Shown here piece by piece: positions 16,878 through 36,260 of a stretch of 64,000 nucleotides of DNA. This DNA comes from Eledone cirrhosa (taxonomy: Eukaryota), in assembly GCA_964016885.1 (NCBI GenBank), contig OZ024760.1:27032001-27096000 (forward strand), read 5' to 3'. The translations under genes were made by a program, and so were the position numbers. The notes under the pieces were generated by a model. That model was given only the letters and a program-made list of their open reading frames with translations. It had not been told where the DNA came from and did not search any database. How positions within the stretch are numbered: the first letter of the stretch is position 1; every line of letters begins with the position of its first letter.

Positions 16878-17192
16878 TGGCGATTCTTTTCTTTGTTCTG
16901 TCCTACGCCATATTGTTTCTGTGTGCGTGTTGTGTGCTCAGTCTGCGCATGCGCCACATCCGGGTGTCTGTACGTCTGTATACATATATGTATGTACGTA
17001 TACATACTTATATTTAAGTAACAGCCGTACTACTAAGAGTGAGAAATAAAATTTCGTTTCATTCTTTCCGTTTATCGTCTTCGGTTCCCCGGCCGATTAA
17101 CTCACTCGATATGCAAGTTAGGCTGCTCGGCTGTTGATATGCATAGGGAAAGTATATACTTTCAGACGTTCAGTCATCTGGCAGGAAGGTAT

Positions 17193-17235
17193 ACGTTGCT
17201 GACGATAGCTAGTAAGCTTGAAACTAGTACAGCGT
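17193..17235 (+). ncRNA. Minimal type I hammerhead ribozyme
   Basis: ACGUUG-CUGACGA-uAGCU agua AGCUu-GAAAC UA GUA-CAGCGU; palindromic stem III ACUAGU. Confidence 0.78.
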
Positions 17236-17518
17236 TCCTTTGTCAGTGTTGAACAATTGAGCAATGATGATTGCTAGACATTGTACAGCTTAATACGGGA
17301 TGTTTCTTTACAAACACACCGAGCATTATAATAAATGTTCGGTGAATCCTTACGTACATATATATATATATGTGCATGTATGTATATATATATACATACT
17401 ACTGTACGTCTGTATACATATATGTATGTACGTATACATACTTATATTTAAGTAACAGCCGTACTAAGAGTGAGAATGAAATTTCGTTTCATTTTTTCCG
17501 TTTATATATATACATATG

Positions 17519-17636
<118 letters not shown>

Positions 17637-17866
17637 TCTACATATAGATATGTATATATATATATATATATATATGACAGGAACTAAAAGATTGTTTCTT
17701 TTTAGCTGCCCGTCCCCAGGTAAAATGTGTAAATCAGTGGCTAGTTGAGAGATAGAGGCCTATCGGTTGCCAGTTAATCGCTTTACCGTGTCGGTTGTCA
17801 CAAACAGTCATGACCGGCACGGGCCGGTTTTGGATTCTGTCGATCGATTGGTTATTGATTAGGCGA

Positions 17867-17980
17867 TACCCGCTGATGAAGCCGCATAAGCCGATTGTGC
17901 ATTGTTGCATAATATATGCAGACAGATGGTGCAGTGCACCTTACTGCTCTATTAGTGCGGCAGAAACTCGAGTCCGGGTA
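17867..17980 (+). ncRNA. Type I hammerhead ribozyme with long stem II insertion
   Basis: UACCCG-CUGAUGA-aGCCGCA...UGCGGCa-GAAAC UCGA GUC-CGGGUA; palindromic stem III; diverged paralog at 32768-32879. Confidence 0.8.
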
Positions 17981-18123
17981 CCTTATAGGCACCCGTTTTA
18001 CGTGTGTTGTGTTGAGGCAAATAACTATGAGTATACTCTGGTAATGTATCTTACATTGCCCATTGAGTGCACTGAGATACAACCGGTACTGGCATTGATA
18101 AATATGGTGGGTCCATCAACCCT

Positions 18124-20413
<2,290 letters not shown>

Positions 20414-23400
20414 TCTTGGGTATGACATTAAACTACATCCAGTGGCAAGGCTCCAGTTCGGGAGTTCAGGAGATGTGGGGAATATGGAGTTACCCCTTAG
20501 TTGTCATGACTCCCAGGTCTGCCCTGGCCCGGGGTGGTAGTACCTGTTAGGGCTCCATTTATGGGTTAAATAACTACCTTATTCGAGTGGCGCCGGTAAG
20601 GTATTGTCAGCCATTGAAAAGAAATATGGAGAGTCGATCTAACAGCACTAGGGTTAGAGCCCCTAATTACACTGTCAAGGAGCAGCCTGGTCGTTATGAC
20701 TCTGCTGGCTTAGAGCCACAGAGAGGGCCAGTGGATGATGGATCAGCTGTCTCTGAGACAAATATAAAGAATGTAGTTTTGTCCTGCAGAAGAGCCATCA
20801 AAATGGGCACTTTGAATGTGAGGACTATTCGAACGCTGGAGAAGAGAGAGGAGTTGGGACATCTGTTCGAGGAGAGTGGTATACAGATACTTGCGATCCA
20901 AGAACACAGGATTCTACACGATGAGCCCGTGAGGAGTGTGATGATCGGGAGGAAGAGCCAGCTCATCACTACATCGGCAGTGAAGAACACAACAAATGCT
21001 GCAGTAGGAGGAGTGGGTTTTGTGTTCAGTGCAAAAACCAATCTGTTGGTGAGGGAAATAATGCCTATCTCCCCGCGAGTGTTGAGGGTGACCTTCAATG
21101 GAAACCCAAGACTGACAGTCATCTCAGCCTATAGTCCAACCGAGGGGGACAGTGATGTGAATGCCGAGGAGTTCCATGAGGAAGTGTGTAGAGCTGTCAA
21201 CACCACTCAGGCACACAATATCCTGCTTGTTTTGGGGGACTTCAATGCACATCTGAGTAAGGAGGGCAGTGAAGATCCTTGCTGGTACTTCCATAACAAC
21301 ACCAACCGAAATGGAAGACTACTGAGAGACACCCTGCTGGAGGCGAACTTGATGGCGACCAACCTAAGGTTTAGGAAGAATCTGGGGAAGATGTGGACCT
21401 ACATCTCAGATGTGCACCTGTCCAAGTCCCAGATTGATTTCATTCTGGTGAGGAAAAAGTGGCGGAATAGTGTTCTGAACACGGAACCATACAGCTATTT
21501 CAGTACACTGGGTAGTGACCACCGGCTTGTTATGAGTGAGGTCCGCGTGAGCTTAAGAAAGAGCAAGGCTCAGCCCCGGAGAACAATCTATGACTGGGGA
21601 GCTTTCAAGGAAGATGATAAGCTACAGGAGAGGTTCACAGTGGAAGTGAGAAACAGGTTTAGTGCTCTGTGTGGAGAGTCAGAGGAGAGAGAGATTGGAT
21701 GGACTGAGGAGAGTGTGACGAGGAGGTACGGGCACTTCACCAATGCAGTGGCGAAAGCAAGTGAAACCCTGGTGCCGAGGAAAAAGAACAAAGGGAAGCA
21801 CGTCAGCTCTGCAGACCCAAAAGTGTGTGCAGCCAGAGAACACCTGAAAGCTGCCAGGGACCAATTCTATGCTGATCCTACGGAGGAGAGGATGGAGACT
21901 GTGGAGGTGATGAGGGAAGAGCTCTGTACCGCTTACACTGAGGTCAGAGAGGAGGCACTGATAGAGAAGATCAGAAGTGTGGAGAGAGCGGTTGACAGAT
22001 CTGGATGTAAGGAGAGCTGGATGATCATCAACGAGATCACAGGGAGGAAGAAAAGGTGTTCGAGTCAGATCCAGGGAACGGGGCCCGAGGATAGGAAGAG
22101 GAAATGGCTAGACCATTTTAGGACCCTACTAGGAGAGCCACCCTCCACAGCCCAGAGCACTGGGGAGATCAGGCGGCTGTTTGAGGAACTGGATGTTGAG
22201 ACAGAGCCCTTCACCAGAGAGGAGCTTCAGAGAGCCAAGAAGAAGATCAAGGAGGGCAAGGCTCATGGAGAAGATGGAGTAGCGTCAGAGGTGATGAAGT
22301 GGTGTGATTTTGATGATATCATCCTGGGGTTCTGTAACGGGGCACTGGAGAAGGGAGTTGCCCCGAATCAGTGGAGGATCAGTAACATCGTCCCAGTGCC
22401 AAAGAAGGGAGATCTCTCTAACACCAACAACTACCGGGGGATCTCACTGACGTCACTTGTGGCAAAGACCCTCAACAGGATGATTCTTAACAGGATCCAG
22501 CCTGAGATGGAGAAGAAGCTCAGGGACAACCAGAACGGCTTCAGAGAGGGTAGATCAACCACCAGTCACATCCTGATGCTGAGGAGGATATTAGAGGGAG
22601 CTAGAGCAAAGTGCCTTCCTGCGGTCATGGTTTTCATTGACTTTAGGAAGGCCTTTGATTCTGTGGACCGTTACTGCCTGATGAAGATCTTACAGGCTTA
22701 GATAGTGGACCTGATATCACTGCTCTACACCAACACCAAAGCCCAAGTCATTACACCTGATGGGATGACAGAGTTCTTTGAGATACTGGCTGGAGTGCTC
22801 CAGGGAGATACATTGGCTCCCTACCTTTTTATCATCGTAGTGGACTATTGTATGCGCCTTGCACTGGAGAAACACCAGGACTCTGGCTTTACTGTAGCAC
22901 CGGCTCAGAGCAGGAGAGTTGGGGCGAAAAAGGTATCGGATGCTGAATTTGCCGACGACATAGTTTTGGTGACAAATACAGTGAAGGAGGCAGAGGATTT
23001 GATGCGGGAGGTTGAGACTGTGTCGATGAGTGTGGGGCTGAGAATGAATGAGACTAAAACAAAATATCTGGTAGAGAATGTTGAGAAGCCAGAGGGGATC
23101 ACTAATGTAGGCGGGAAGCCGCTGGAATTGGTTGAGGACTTCCTGTATTTGGGAGCAAAGATTGGGAATACGGAAGATGATGTGGTTGAGAGGAAGAGCA
23201 AGGCCTGGGCAGCGTGCCACAGCTTGAGATCGGTGTGGAAGTCGGACCTTCGTAGAGACCTGAAAGTCCGCCTCTTCATTGCTGTAGTGGAGTCTGTGCT
23301 GCTGTATGGGTCTGAGACTTGGACACTGACCAAGAGACTCACTCAGATGGTGGATGGGTGCTACACGAGAATGCTGAGGATGGCTCTGAACATTAATCAG

Positions 23401-23712
23401 TATACACTGAGGATGAAAAACTCAGAGCTGTATGGGAGCCTCCCAAAAGTCAGCTCAAAAGTGACACAGAGGAGACTGAGGTTGGCTGGACATGCTCACC
23501 GACATCCAGAGTTGACATTGCACTCCGTGCTCCTTTGGGAGCCCCTACATGGACACACTGGAAGAGGAAGACCAAGGTTAACATATGTTGATGCCCTAAG
23601 GACAGACACTGGTCTGTTGGAGACGCAGGACATGGCAGCGATAATGAGGGACAGAGACCGCTGGAGAGAACTCGTCCATGGATCTCGGGAATTTTACCCG
23701 CCTTAGATAGAT
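20414..23712 (+). mobile_element. Near full-length RTE-clade LINE (5' UTR, APE endonuclease + reverse transcriptase)
   Basis: APE motifs (GTLNVRT, QE, GDFNAH, IDFIL, SDH) and RT motifs (NYRGISL, QNGFR, FIDFRKAFDSV, GVLQGDTLAP, FADD, YLG). Single-ORF RTE layout, short TAGA tail, inserted in (TA)n. Confidence 0.93.
20626..23706 (+). pseudogene. RTE ORF (APE-RT) interrupted by one in-frame TAG at 22699-22701
   Basis: Track ORFs 20587-22701 and 22705-23706 are in the same frame; first ATG at 20626. Confidence 0.85.
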
Positions 23713-23843
23713 ATATACATATATATATGCATATATATATACATATATATATATATATCAGTAGATCCCGTTAATAGTGAAAGCAGCGATTCTTTGCTTA
23801 AACTTTAACCTGTTATTTTAATAAATATATATATATGTATATG

Positions 23844-23896
<53 letters not shown>

Positions 23897-24010
23897 TGGA
23901 TGTATTATGGCTAAGTAATGAGTCCTATTACACTAGAATTTCACCAGAATGTCCTCAGACGATCACAAGTCACTTTTGATTACCTATTCTCACGTCCGTA
24001 ATACCACACG

Positions 24011-24465
<455 letters not shown>

Positions 24466-24631
24466 AGGGTGTGGTAAGGTACAAGGTGGACCACAACGCT
24501 CCCGAGTATTCAATACTTAGGGTAGGAGAGCAGGTAATAGGAAAAAGAGTGATGACCCGGACGGCTCGATGTTGAAATGGCCGGAGCGGAGCCGGAGCTC
24601 AGCTGTCGGGGTCCTCAATCTTTTCCTATAT

Positions 24632-24831
24632 NNNNNNNNNNNNNNNNNNNNNNNNNNNNNNNNNNNNNNNNNNNNNNNNNNNNNNNNNNNNNNNNNNNNN
24701 NNNNNNNNNNNNNNNNNNNNNNNNNNNNNNNNNNNNNNNNNNNNNNNNNNNNNNNNNNNNNNNNNNNNNNNNNNNNNNNNNNNNNNNNNNNNNNNNNNNN
24801 NNNNNNNNNNNNNNNNNNNNNNNNNNNNNNN
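24632..24831. other. Assembly gap (200 N)
   Basis: Run of exactly 200 n next to (TA)n; probably a fixed-size scaffolding gap. Confidence 0.98.
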
Positions 24832-24835
24832 TATA

Positions 24836-24870
<35 letters not shown>

Positions 24871-24904
24871 GTATATATATAGATATATATAATATACATA
24901 TATA

Positions 24905-24939
<35 letters not shown>

Positions 24940-25031
24940 GTTATATATATATATATATATACATATATGTATATATATATATAATATACATATATATATA
25001 TATTTATATATATATATATGTATAATGTATA

Positions 25032-25121
<90 letters not shown>

Positions 25122-25178
25122 AATATGTATATATATATATATATATATGTATATGTATATATATTATAGTATATATAC

Positions 25179-25261
<83 letters not shown>

Positions 25262-25266
25262 TATAA

Positions 25267-25312
<46 letters not shown>

Positions 25313-25329
25313 GTATATATATATATATA

Positions 25330-25392
<63 letters not shown>

Positions 25393-25573
25393 TATATACA
25401 TATATATTATATATAGTATATATATATTATATATATATACATAATATATATATATATATATACAGTTTTTTCCGTTGTGTTGTAATATAAATATTACACA
25501 CAGTAGATTATCAGCTCACGTAGAGTTTGCTCGACGGTTCCAGTTGTAGTTCCAAAAGTAAATCCGGAGAAAA

Positions 25574-27448
25574 ATAGAAAGATTTGAATGGATACAGTTT
25601 AGTTGAAAGGAATTTATTGACACGTGTTTCTATAACAGTTACATAACCTAAAACAGCTATCTACAAACTTTTAGTTATGCAGACATTCAATATTTCAATG
25701 TTATTGTTTACTGTCATTTCATCAGAAAAATATTACTGAGGACCTATTTAGTTTTTATAGAGAAATTAGGAGGAAGGGGTGAAGTTGTTAGAAGAATAGT
25801 TGAAGGAGTGGTTTTTTCGATAGCAGTGAGAATTCTTGGTGGCAGTGATTAATTAGATTCCCATCTGTTGTTTTGACATTTTTTATAGAATATATTATTG
25901 GTTATTTTTCTAAATCTATAGAAGGATTAGAGATAGTAAAGATATGCGTGGTTGTTTTGTGTTTGCACTTAACATTCAGACTTAATTTTTCTTTCAAGTG
26001 TACGTATTCTTTTCACCCACGCATTCACACACAAATATATTTGCACACCTCTACAAAATACATATACTCCACAATTCACATATTCATACTTACATATATA
26101 TACACATGCATACACATATATATACACACTTGTATTCATGTACATACATACGCGCTCATGTGTATACATTTTCATACTCAACTTATCTTTATATATACAC
26201 ACGTATAGACACACACATATATACATACATACTCTAGTCCATGTGTACACACATACACATACATACACATCCATATACAATACATACATACACACATATA
26301 TAAACATACATACATATACATTATATACATATATATATATATATATATACACATACATATATACACACATATACACACACATATATATATATATATATAA
26401 GCACTTTAATACATGAATACACTTACATCTAACTATACACATCAAACATATATATATATTTACTTATTTATATACATTTTCACATATATATACATACTTA
26501 TGGACGTTTTTAGACACATTCATTATCGCATATTTGTACCTATTCTCATCAGCATATCTTTTCATTATTAGTATGGTAATTTAAGGTTATTAATATATGT
26601 TGAAAAGAGATTGTTTTTATATTTTTCTAACTAGATTAAGGTTTATATAGTTGGGGGATGTCCCTCTTTTATGTAATATTCGGCTTGTAGTTGGAAAAAA
26701 GGGTTTTAGTTCTGTGACGGCAGAATAATGTTCGTTCAATTCTGTTATTCAGCAGTTTCTTCTTGTGTGTGATTATGTAATAAATCTCAAGATTACACAA
26801 TTTGCAGAAATTTTGGCTCCTGGAAAAGCTTTGGGTTTTAGCTAATTTTTCCCATTTTAGGGTAAACTTTTGATTGCTATCCCTGAGCGTCCAAGCTTTC
26901 TCTGCTAAAGTTGTTACATTTCTTTGGCTCTGGTGTTTTATTGAGTAAGAATGCCTATACAATCGAGATTTAAACGATGTTGCCGTTGATCCCACGTAAT
27001 ACCACTCGTTGCCTCCGGATTTAATGGTACACTTATAAATAATATTTTTTTCCAGGCAGTTATTGCCGAGGGGGCAGTTGTCAGGATAGGTGCAGTTACA
27101 GTTGTGTACGTTGGGTTTTCTCTGGAGTAGTATTGCGGACGAACTTAGGTGTGGTTTATTTAATCTAGTTAGAAAATATAAAAACAATCTCTTTTCAACA
27201 TATATTAATAACCTTAAATTACCATACTAATAATGAAAAGATATGCTGATGAGAATAGGTACAAATATGCGATAATGAATGTGTCTAAAAACGTCCATAA
27301 GTATGTATATATATGTGAAAATGTATATAAATAAGTAAATATATATATATGTTTGATGTGTATAGTTAGATGTAAGTGTATTCATGTATTAAAGTGCTTA
27401 TATATATATATATATATGTGTGTGTATATGTGTGTATATATGTATGTG

Positions 27449-27479
<31 letters not shown>

Positions 27480-28221
27480 GTATATGTATGTATGTATATA
27501 TATGTGTGTATGTATGTATGTGTATATGGATGTGTATGTATGTGTATGTGTGTACACATGGACTAGAGTATGTATGTATATATGTGTGTGTCTATACGTG
27601 TGTATATATAAAGATAAGTTGAGTATGAAAATGTATACACATGAGCGCGTATGTATGTACATGAATACAAGTGTGTATATATATGTGTATGCATGTGTAT
27701 ATATATGTAAGTATGAATATGTGAATTGTGAGTATATGTATTTTGTAGAGGTGTGCAAATATATTTGTGTGTGAATGCGTGGGTGAAAGAATACGTACAC
27801 TTGAAAGAAAAATTTAAGTCTGAATGTTAAGTGCAAACACAAAACCAACCACGCATATCTTTACTATCTCTAATCCTTCTATAGATTTAGAAAAATAACC
27901 AATAATATATTCTATAAAAAATGTCAAAACAACAGATGGGAATCTAATTAATCACTGCCACCAAGAATTCTCACTGCTATCGAAAAACCACTCCTTCAAC
28001 TATTCTTCTAACAACTTCACCCCTTCCTCCTAATATTCTCTATAAAAACTAAATAGGTCCTCAGTAATATTATTCTGATGAAATGACAGTAAACAATAAC
28101 ATTGAAATATTGAATGTCTGCATAACTAAAAGTTTGTAGATAGCTGTTTTAGGTTATGTAACTGTTATAGAAACACGTGTCAATAAATTCCTTTCAACTA
28201 AACTGTATCCATTCAAATCTT

Positions 28222-28226
<5 letters not shown>
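25574..28226 (-). mobile_element. 5'-truncated Penelope-like element with about 1.07-kb inverted terminal duplication
   Basis: Arms 25574-26639 and 27160-28226 are near-perfect reverse complements around a GIY-YIG fragment. Confidence 0.88.
26669..27150 (-). pseudogene. Penelope (Neptune-type) GIY-YIG endonuclease domain fragment
   Basis: CNC...CPL...CL..NIIYKC...YYVGST..FKSR..H...CKLCNLE...LLN...CRH; open frame but 5'-truncated. Confidence 0.88.
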
Positions 28227-31230
<3,004 letters not shown>

Positions 31231-31287
31231 CGTCCAGGGAGAAGTGGACGTAAAATGATGAATGAAAAAAAATATATATATATATAT

Positions 31288-32238
31288 ATCTAAGGCGGGT
31301 AAAATTCCCGAGATCCATGGACGAGTTCTCTCCAGCGGTCTCTGTCCCTAATTATCGCTGCCATGTCCTGCGTCTCCAACAGACCAGTGTCTGTCCTTAG
31401 GGCATCAACATACGTTAACCTTGGTCTTCCTCTTCTAGTGTGTCCATGTAGGGGCTCCCAAAGGAGCACTGAGTGCAATGTCAACTCTGGATATCGGTGA
31501 GGATGTCCAGCTAACCTCAGTCTCCTCTGTGTCACTTTTGAGCTGACTTTTGTGATGCTCCCATACAGCTCTGAGTTTTTCATCCTCAGTGTATACTTAT
31601 TAATGTTCAGAGCCATCCTCAGCATTCTCGTGTAGCACCCATCCACCATCTGCTCTACACCAACACCAAAGCCCAAGTCATTACACCTGATGGGATGACA
31701 GAGTTCTTTGAGATACTGGCTGGAGTGCTCCAGGGAGATACATTGGCTCTCTACCTTTTTATCATCGTAGTAGACTATTGTATGCGCCTTGCACTGGAGA
31801 AACACCAGGACTCTGGCTTTACTGTAGCACCGGCTCAGAGCAGGAGAGTTAGGGCGAAAAATGTATCGGATGCTGAATTTGCCGACGACATAGTTTTGGT
31901 GACAAATACAGTGAAGGAGGTAGAGGATTTGATGCGGGAGGTTGAGACTGTGTCGATGAGTGTGGGGCTGATAATGAATGAGACTAAAACAAAATATCTG
32001 GTAGAGAATGTTGAGAAGTCAGAGGGGATCACTAATGTAGGCGGGAAGCCGGTGGAATTGGTTGAGGGCTTCCTGTATTTGGGAGCAAAGATTGGGAATA
32101 CGGAAGATGATGTGGTTGAGAGGAAGAGCAAGGCCTAGGCGGCGTGCCACAGCTTGAGAGATCGGTGTGGAAGTCGGACCTTCGTAGAGACGTGAAAATC
32201 CGCCTCTTCATTGCTGTAGTGGAGTCTGTGCTGCTATA
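31288..32238 (-). mobile_element. 5'-truncated, 5'-inverted copy of the same RTE family
   Basis: 31288-31652 is the reverse complement of about 23345-23708; 31650-32238 matches 22720-23307 in the forward orientation. Confidence 0.92.
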
Positions 32239-32239
32239 T

Positions 32240-32315
<76 letters not shown>

Positions 32316-32572
32316 ATATATATACATATTTATGTACTTGTACTTCGAATCTGCTATCGAAACAGCCAGATCTCAGCCGTCGGGGAGTCCTGACTTATTT
32401 CCTATTACCCACTCTACTACCCTAAGTATTGAAGACTGTAATGCGTTATGTACCACCTGGTATCTTAGCACACCTTTTTGTTACATATGTATATATATAT
32501 AAACCTTATACAGGTAAATGAAGCTTCCTTGTTTCATAATTATATATAAATATACATAATGTGTGTGTGTCT

Positions 32573-32626
<54 letters not shown>

Positions 32627-33019
32627 CTATATATGTATACACATATAAATGCGTGTAGCAGGATGTATGATAAAAATGTTATACAGGGAAATGAAACTTC
32701 CTCGTTTTTTGATAATATATGGATTGGATTCGAAATCTGTCGATCGATTGGTTATTGATTAGGCGAGACCCGCTGAGGAAGCCTCATACACTGGTAGTGT
32801 ATTATTGCATAATAGCTGCAGACAGTGGATGCTGTGTGCTCTCTGGCTGCATTGTGTGGCCGAAACTCGAGTTTGAGTATAGTGTAAGGTACCCGTGTAC
32901 GTGTGTTGTTTTGAAGCAATTAACTGTGACTACTCTGGGTTTTTTTTACTTAACCTTACCTATTGACTACGCTGAGATGTAACCGGTTCTAGCTGTGATA
33001 CCCGAGCTAGTTCCATCAA

Positions 33020-33058
<39 letters not shown>

Positions 33059-33142
33059 AAAAATTGAACAGGGACAGAACAGAGAGGCAGTACGACAAAT
33101 GTTTATTAGCTTCACGCTCAGGAGAGTGGGGGGTAGGTGGAG

Positions 33143-33176
33143 GACGACGTTTCGGGCATAAGCCCTTCTTCGGGTA
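33143..33176 (-). ncRNA. Minimal hammerhead motif, CCGAAGA variant
   Basis: AC-CCGAAGA-aGGGC uuau GCCC-GAAAC GUC-GU; stem I very short. Confidence 0.5.
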
Positions 33177-33819
33177 AGAGTTCAAAAGGTGTGTAGGGGA
33201 GTGGTGGAGAGACATATAGCGAAAGGAAACGGTGCGAATGAAAAATTAACAAATAAAGACAAAATTATAATAAATAAAAATAAAGCATGATCAAAATACA
33301 AGGAATGAGAACATTTAAAAATAAAGGCATGATCAAAATAAACTGAAATTAAAAGTGGGGTAAACAGGTGGTGGAAGGGTGTGGGGTGAGTAGAGGTGGA
33401 GGCGGGTGGAGTGGGGAGAGGGAGACGGGGTGTCCGAGCGGGGAGGGCTGAAGGTGGTGTATATATATATATAACAAAAATACACCCCCGCCACATCCAC
33501 ACCACTCCTTTCGATGTAAAGTTATGTTGGTACCACAACATCCAGTCCGAAATAAATGAGGTCGTGTAGGTGTCACGACAAAAAAAACACACAGTCCACG
33601 CTGTAATGTGGCCGTGTAGGTAACACGGTAAAAACCTCCCAGCCCCACACTGTAAACGTGGTTGGTGTTAGGAAGGGCATCCAGCCGTAGAAAACACTGC
33701 CAGACAGTCCTATGCGAGCAAGACAACCAATCTTGCCTCAAGTGGGAAAATTCCCGTCCAAACCCATGCAAGCGTGGAAGATGGACGTTAAACGATGATG
33801 ATGATGATGATGATGATGA

Positions 33820-33861
<42 letters not shown>

Positions 33862-34099
33862 GCACATGGGATTTCCTCTAGCTTTAAGGATATATATGTT
33901 TGTGTGTACACACGCACAGAGAAGGATTTCCTTTAGCCCTATTTTCTCTCTTTCTCTCTCTCCCTCTCTCCCTCTCCCTTTCTCTCTCTCTATCTCTCTC
34001 TCTCTTTCTCTTTCTCTCTCTCCCTCTCTCTCTCTCTCTTTCTCTCTCTATATATATGCACACACAAGGATATCCTGTAGCTTTGTTCTAGCGCTAAGG

Positions 34100-34157
<58 letters not shown>

Positions 34158-34528
34158 ATCCCAGGTTCAATTTCCTTCAGCTTTGTTAGGACCTCGATTT
34201 TTATGACATCTGCACGACTACCTTTCAGTGTGGGTTGGGTGCTTATTGTTGTGCCTCCTACATGACCACTTTACAGTGGGGGATGGGTGCTGACATATAC
34301 ACACACCCATATAAGGATTTCCTTTAGCTCTGATGCAGATGGTACACACACACGCACGCACACACTCACTCACTCACTCACTCACTCACTCACTCGCTCG
34401 CTCGCCCGCTCACTCACTCACTCACTCACTCACTCACTCACTCACTCACTCACTCACTCACTCACTCACTCACTCACTCACTCACTCACTCACTCACTCA
34501 CTCACTCACTCACTCACTCACTCACTCA

Positions 34529-34577
<49 letters not shown>

Positions 34578-35066
34578 ACACACACTCTCTTCCTGTAGCT
34601 CTGATGTGGATGGTATATATATATATACACACACAAGGATTTCCTGTAACTCTCGTTTAATTTACCTGGTTGATAATTTAATATGATCTTCAATTAACAT
34701 TTTAAAGTAAAAAGTAACCAAAATTCATTATAAAAGAGACAGTATTTGTGTGTGGGACCTTAAAATAAACCCTTAATCCTTAATATGTAATTCAATCTTT
34801 CCAAACTATCCCATACCATCTAATCTGGGAAGGGGTTATTTTTTTTTTTTTTTTACCTATTTTTTAAGTTTTTATTTTATTTATTTTATTTTATCCTTTT
34901 ACTATATTTATTTAATTAATTATTTATTACTATTTACTTTTTTAAAATTCTTTATTTATTTTATTTTATTACTCTTGGTATACTCTTTCACTCTTTTACC
35001 TGTTCCAGCCATCTGGCTGAGGCCATGCTGGGGCACCGCCCTTAAAATTGTCGTCCCTGGTATATA

Positions 35067-35233
35067 CCGTATTTCCTGTCACCAAAGACGCTTCGTCCTC
35101 AAGGACCCACCCTAATTTTTGACAACCAAAAATTTGAAAAAAAAAAAAACAACCTTCAGCCTCCAGGACGCATGGTAGATTTTTTAGGCTTATTTTAGAG
35201 AAAAAGTAGCGTCTTTGATGCTGGGAAATACGG
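35067..35233. mobile_element. Tc1/mariner-pogo-type MITE
   Basis: TA flanks; TIR CCGTATTTCC..CAAAGACGC / GCGTCTTTG..GGAAATACGG. Confidence 0.72.
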
Positions 35234-35394
35234 TATATTTTTTTTTAGACACTCTAGGTTTATAAGTTATATTATTGCATGTTTTGAGTGCAGGCATGGC
35301 TCCATGGTTAAGAAATTCACCTTACAATTTTTAGGTCTCGTGTTCATCCCACTACATGGGATCTTGAGCAAATGATATATAATGTTAGGCCAGT

Positions 35395-35985
35395 GAAAGG
35401 TTTTGTTTGACGGAATACAGGTTTTGTTTGACGGAATACAGGTTTTGCTTGACAGAATACAGGTTTTGTTTGACGGAAGAAAGGTTTCGTTTGACGGAAG
35501 AAAGGTTTCGTTTGACGGAAGAAAGGTTTGGTTTGACGGAAGAAAGGTTTCGTTTGATGGAAGAAAGGTTTTGTTTGACGGAATACAGGTTTCGTTTGAC
35601 GGAATACAGATTTTGCTTGACAGAATACAGGTTTTGTTTGACGGAAGAAAGGTTTCGTTTGACGGAAGAAAGGTTTCGTTTGACGGAAGAAAGGTTTCGT
35701 TTGATGGAAGAAAGGTTTCGTTTGATGGAAGAAAAGTTTCGTTTGATGGAATACAGGTTTCGTTTGATGGAATACAGGTTTTGTTTGACGGAATACAGAT
35801 TTTGCTTGACAGAATACAGGTTTTGTTTGACGGAAGAAAGGTTTCGTTTGACGGAAGAAAGGTTTCGTTTGATGGAAGAAAGGTTTCGTTTGACGGAAGA
35901 AAGGTTTCGTTTGACGGAAGAAAGGTTTCGTTTGACGGAAGAAAGGTTTCGTTTGACGGAATTCAGGTTTCGTTTGACGGAAGAC
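35395..35985. repeat. 21-bp minisatellite (about 28 units)
   Basis: gacggaagaaaggtttcgttt and gacggaatacaggttttgttt variants. Confidence 0.95.
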
Positions 35986-35989
35986 TGTC

Positions 35990-36260
35990 GTGTAGATTAA
36001 TGCATGTAGCCAACTCTGTGTTGATGGTGGTGAGTAGGTGTGGTGGTCCTAGGGCCAAGGGCACCAGAAGTCTCCACTTCTACGGGCTCAACCACAAACC
36101 TGTTGGAGAGGAACCGATATTTGGAGAGTTTGCCCTCCTCAGCCCAAAGTGGAGCAGAGCTTGGGTTAGCCGCAGACTGCACCAGGCTGCTGCTAGAGAA
36201 TGTGTCATTGCATGTGGCATCCCAGATGCGGGGTTTACCACCGTGGAACAGGAAGATCCC
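35990..36260 (-). pseudogene. Fragment of restriction-like endonuclease domain of a CRE-type non-LTR element (related fragment at 1-180, + strand)
   Basis: WDATCNDT...AEEGKLSKY..L...FVVEPVEVETSGALG motif; the window starts with the matching ETSGVLGPRTT sequence. Confidence 0.6.

Noticed and set aside
20414-20580. HDV-like ribozyme in the RTE 5' UTR
   Set aside because: A long stem is possible, but I could not assign the nested double pseudoknot by eye; needs a descriptor search
23920-23965. CTGAGGA...GAAA on the - strand
   Set aside because: No convincing stem I or stem II; at most a heavily decayed motif
28070-28125. CTGATGA...GAAA candidate hammerhead in the Penelope arm (mirror at about 25680-25730)
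   Set aside because: Stem I pairing forces a G at the cleavage position; the better, though decayed, motif is about 60 nt downstream
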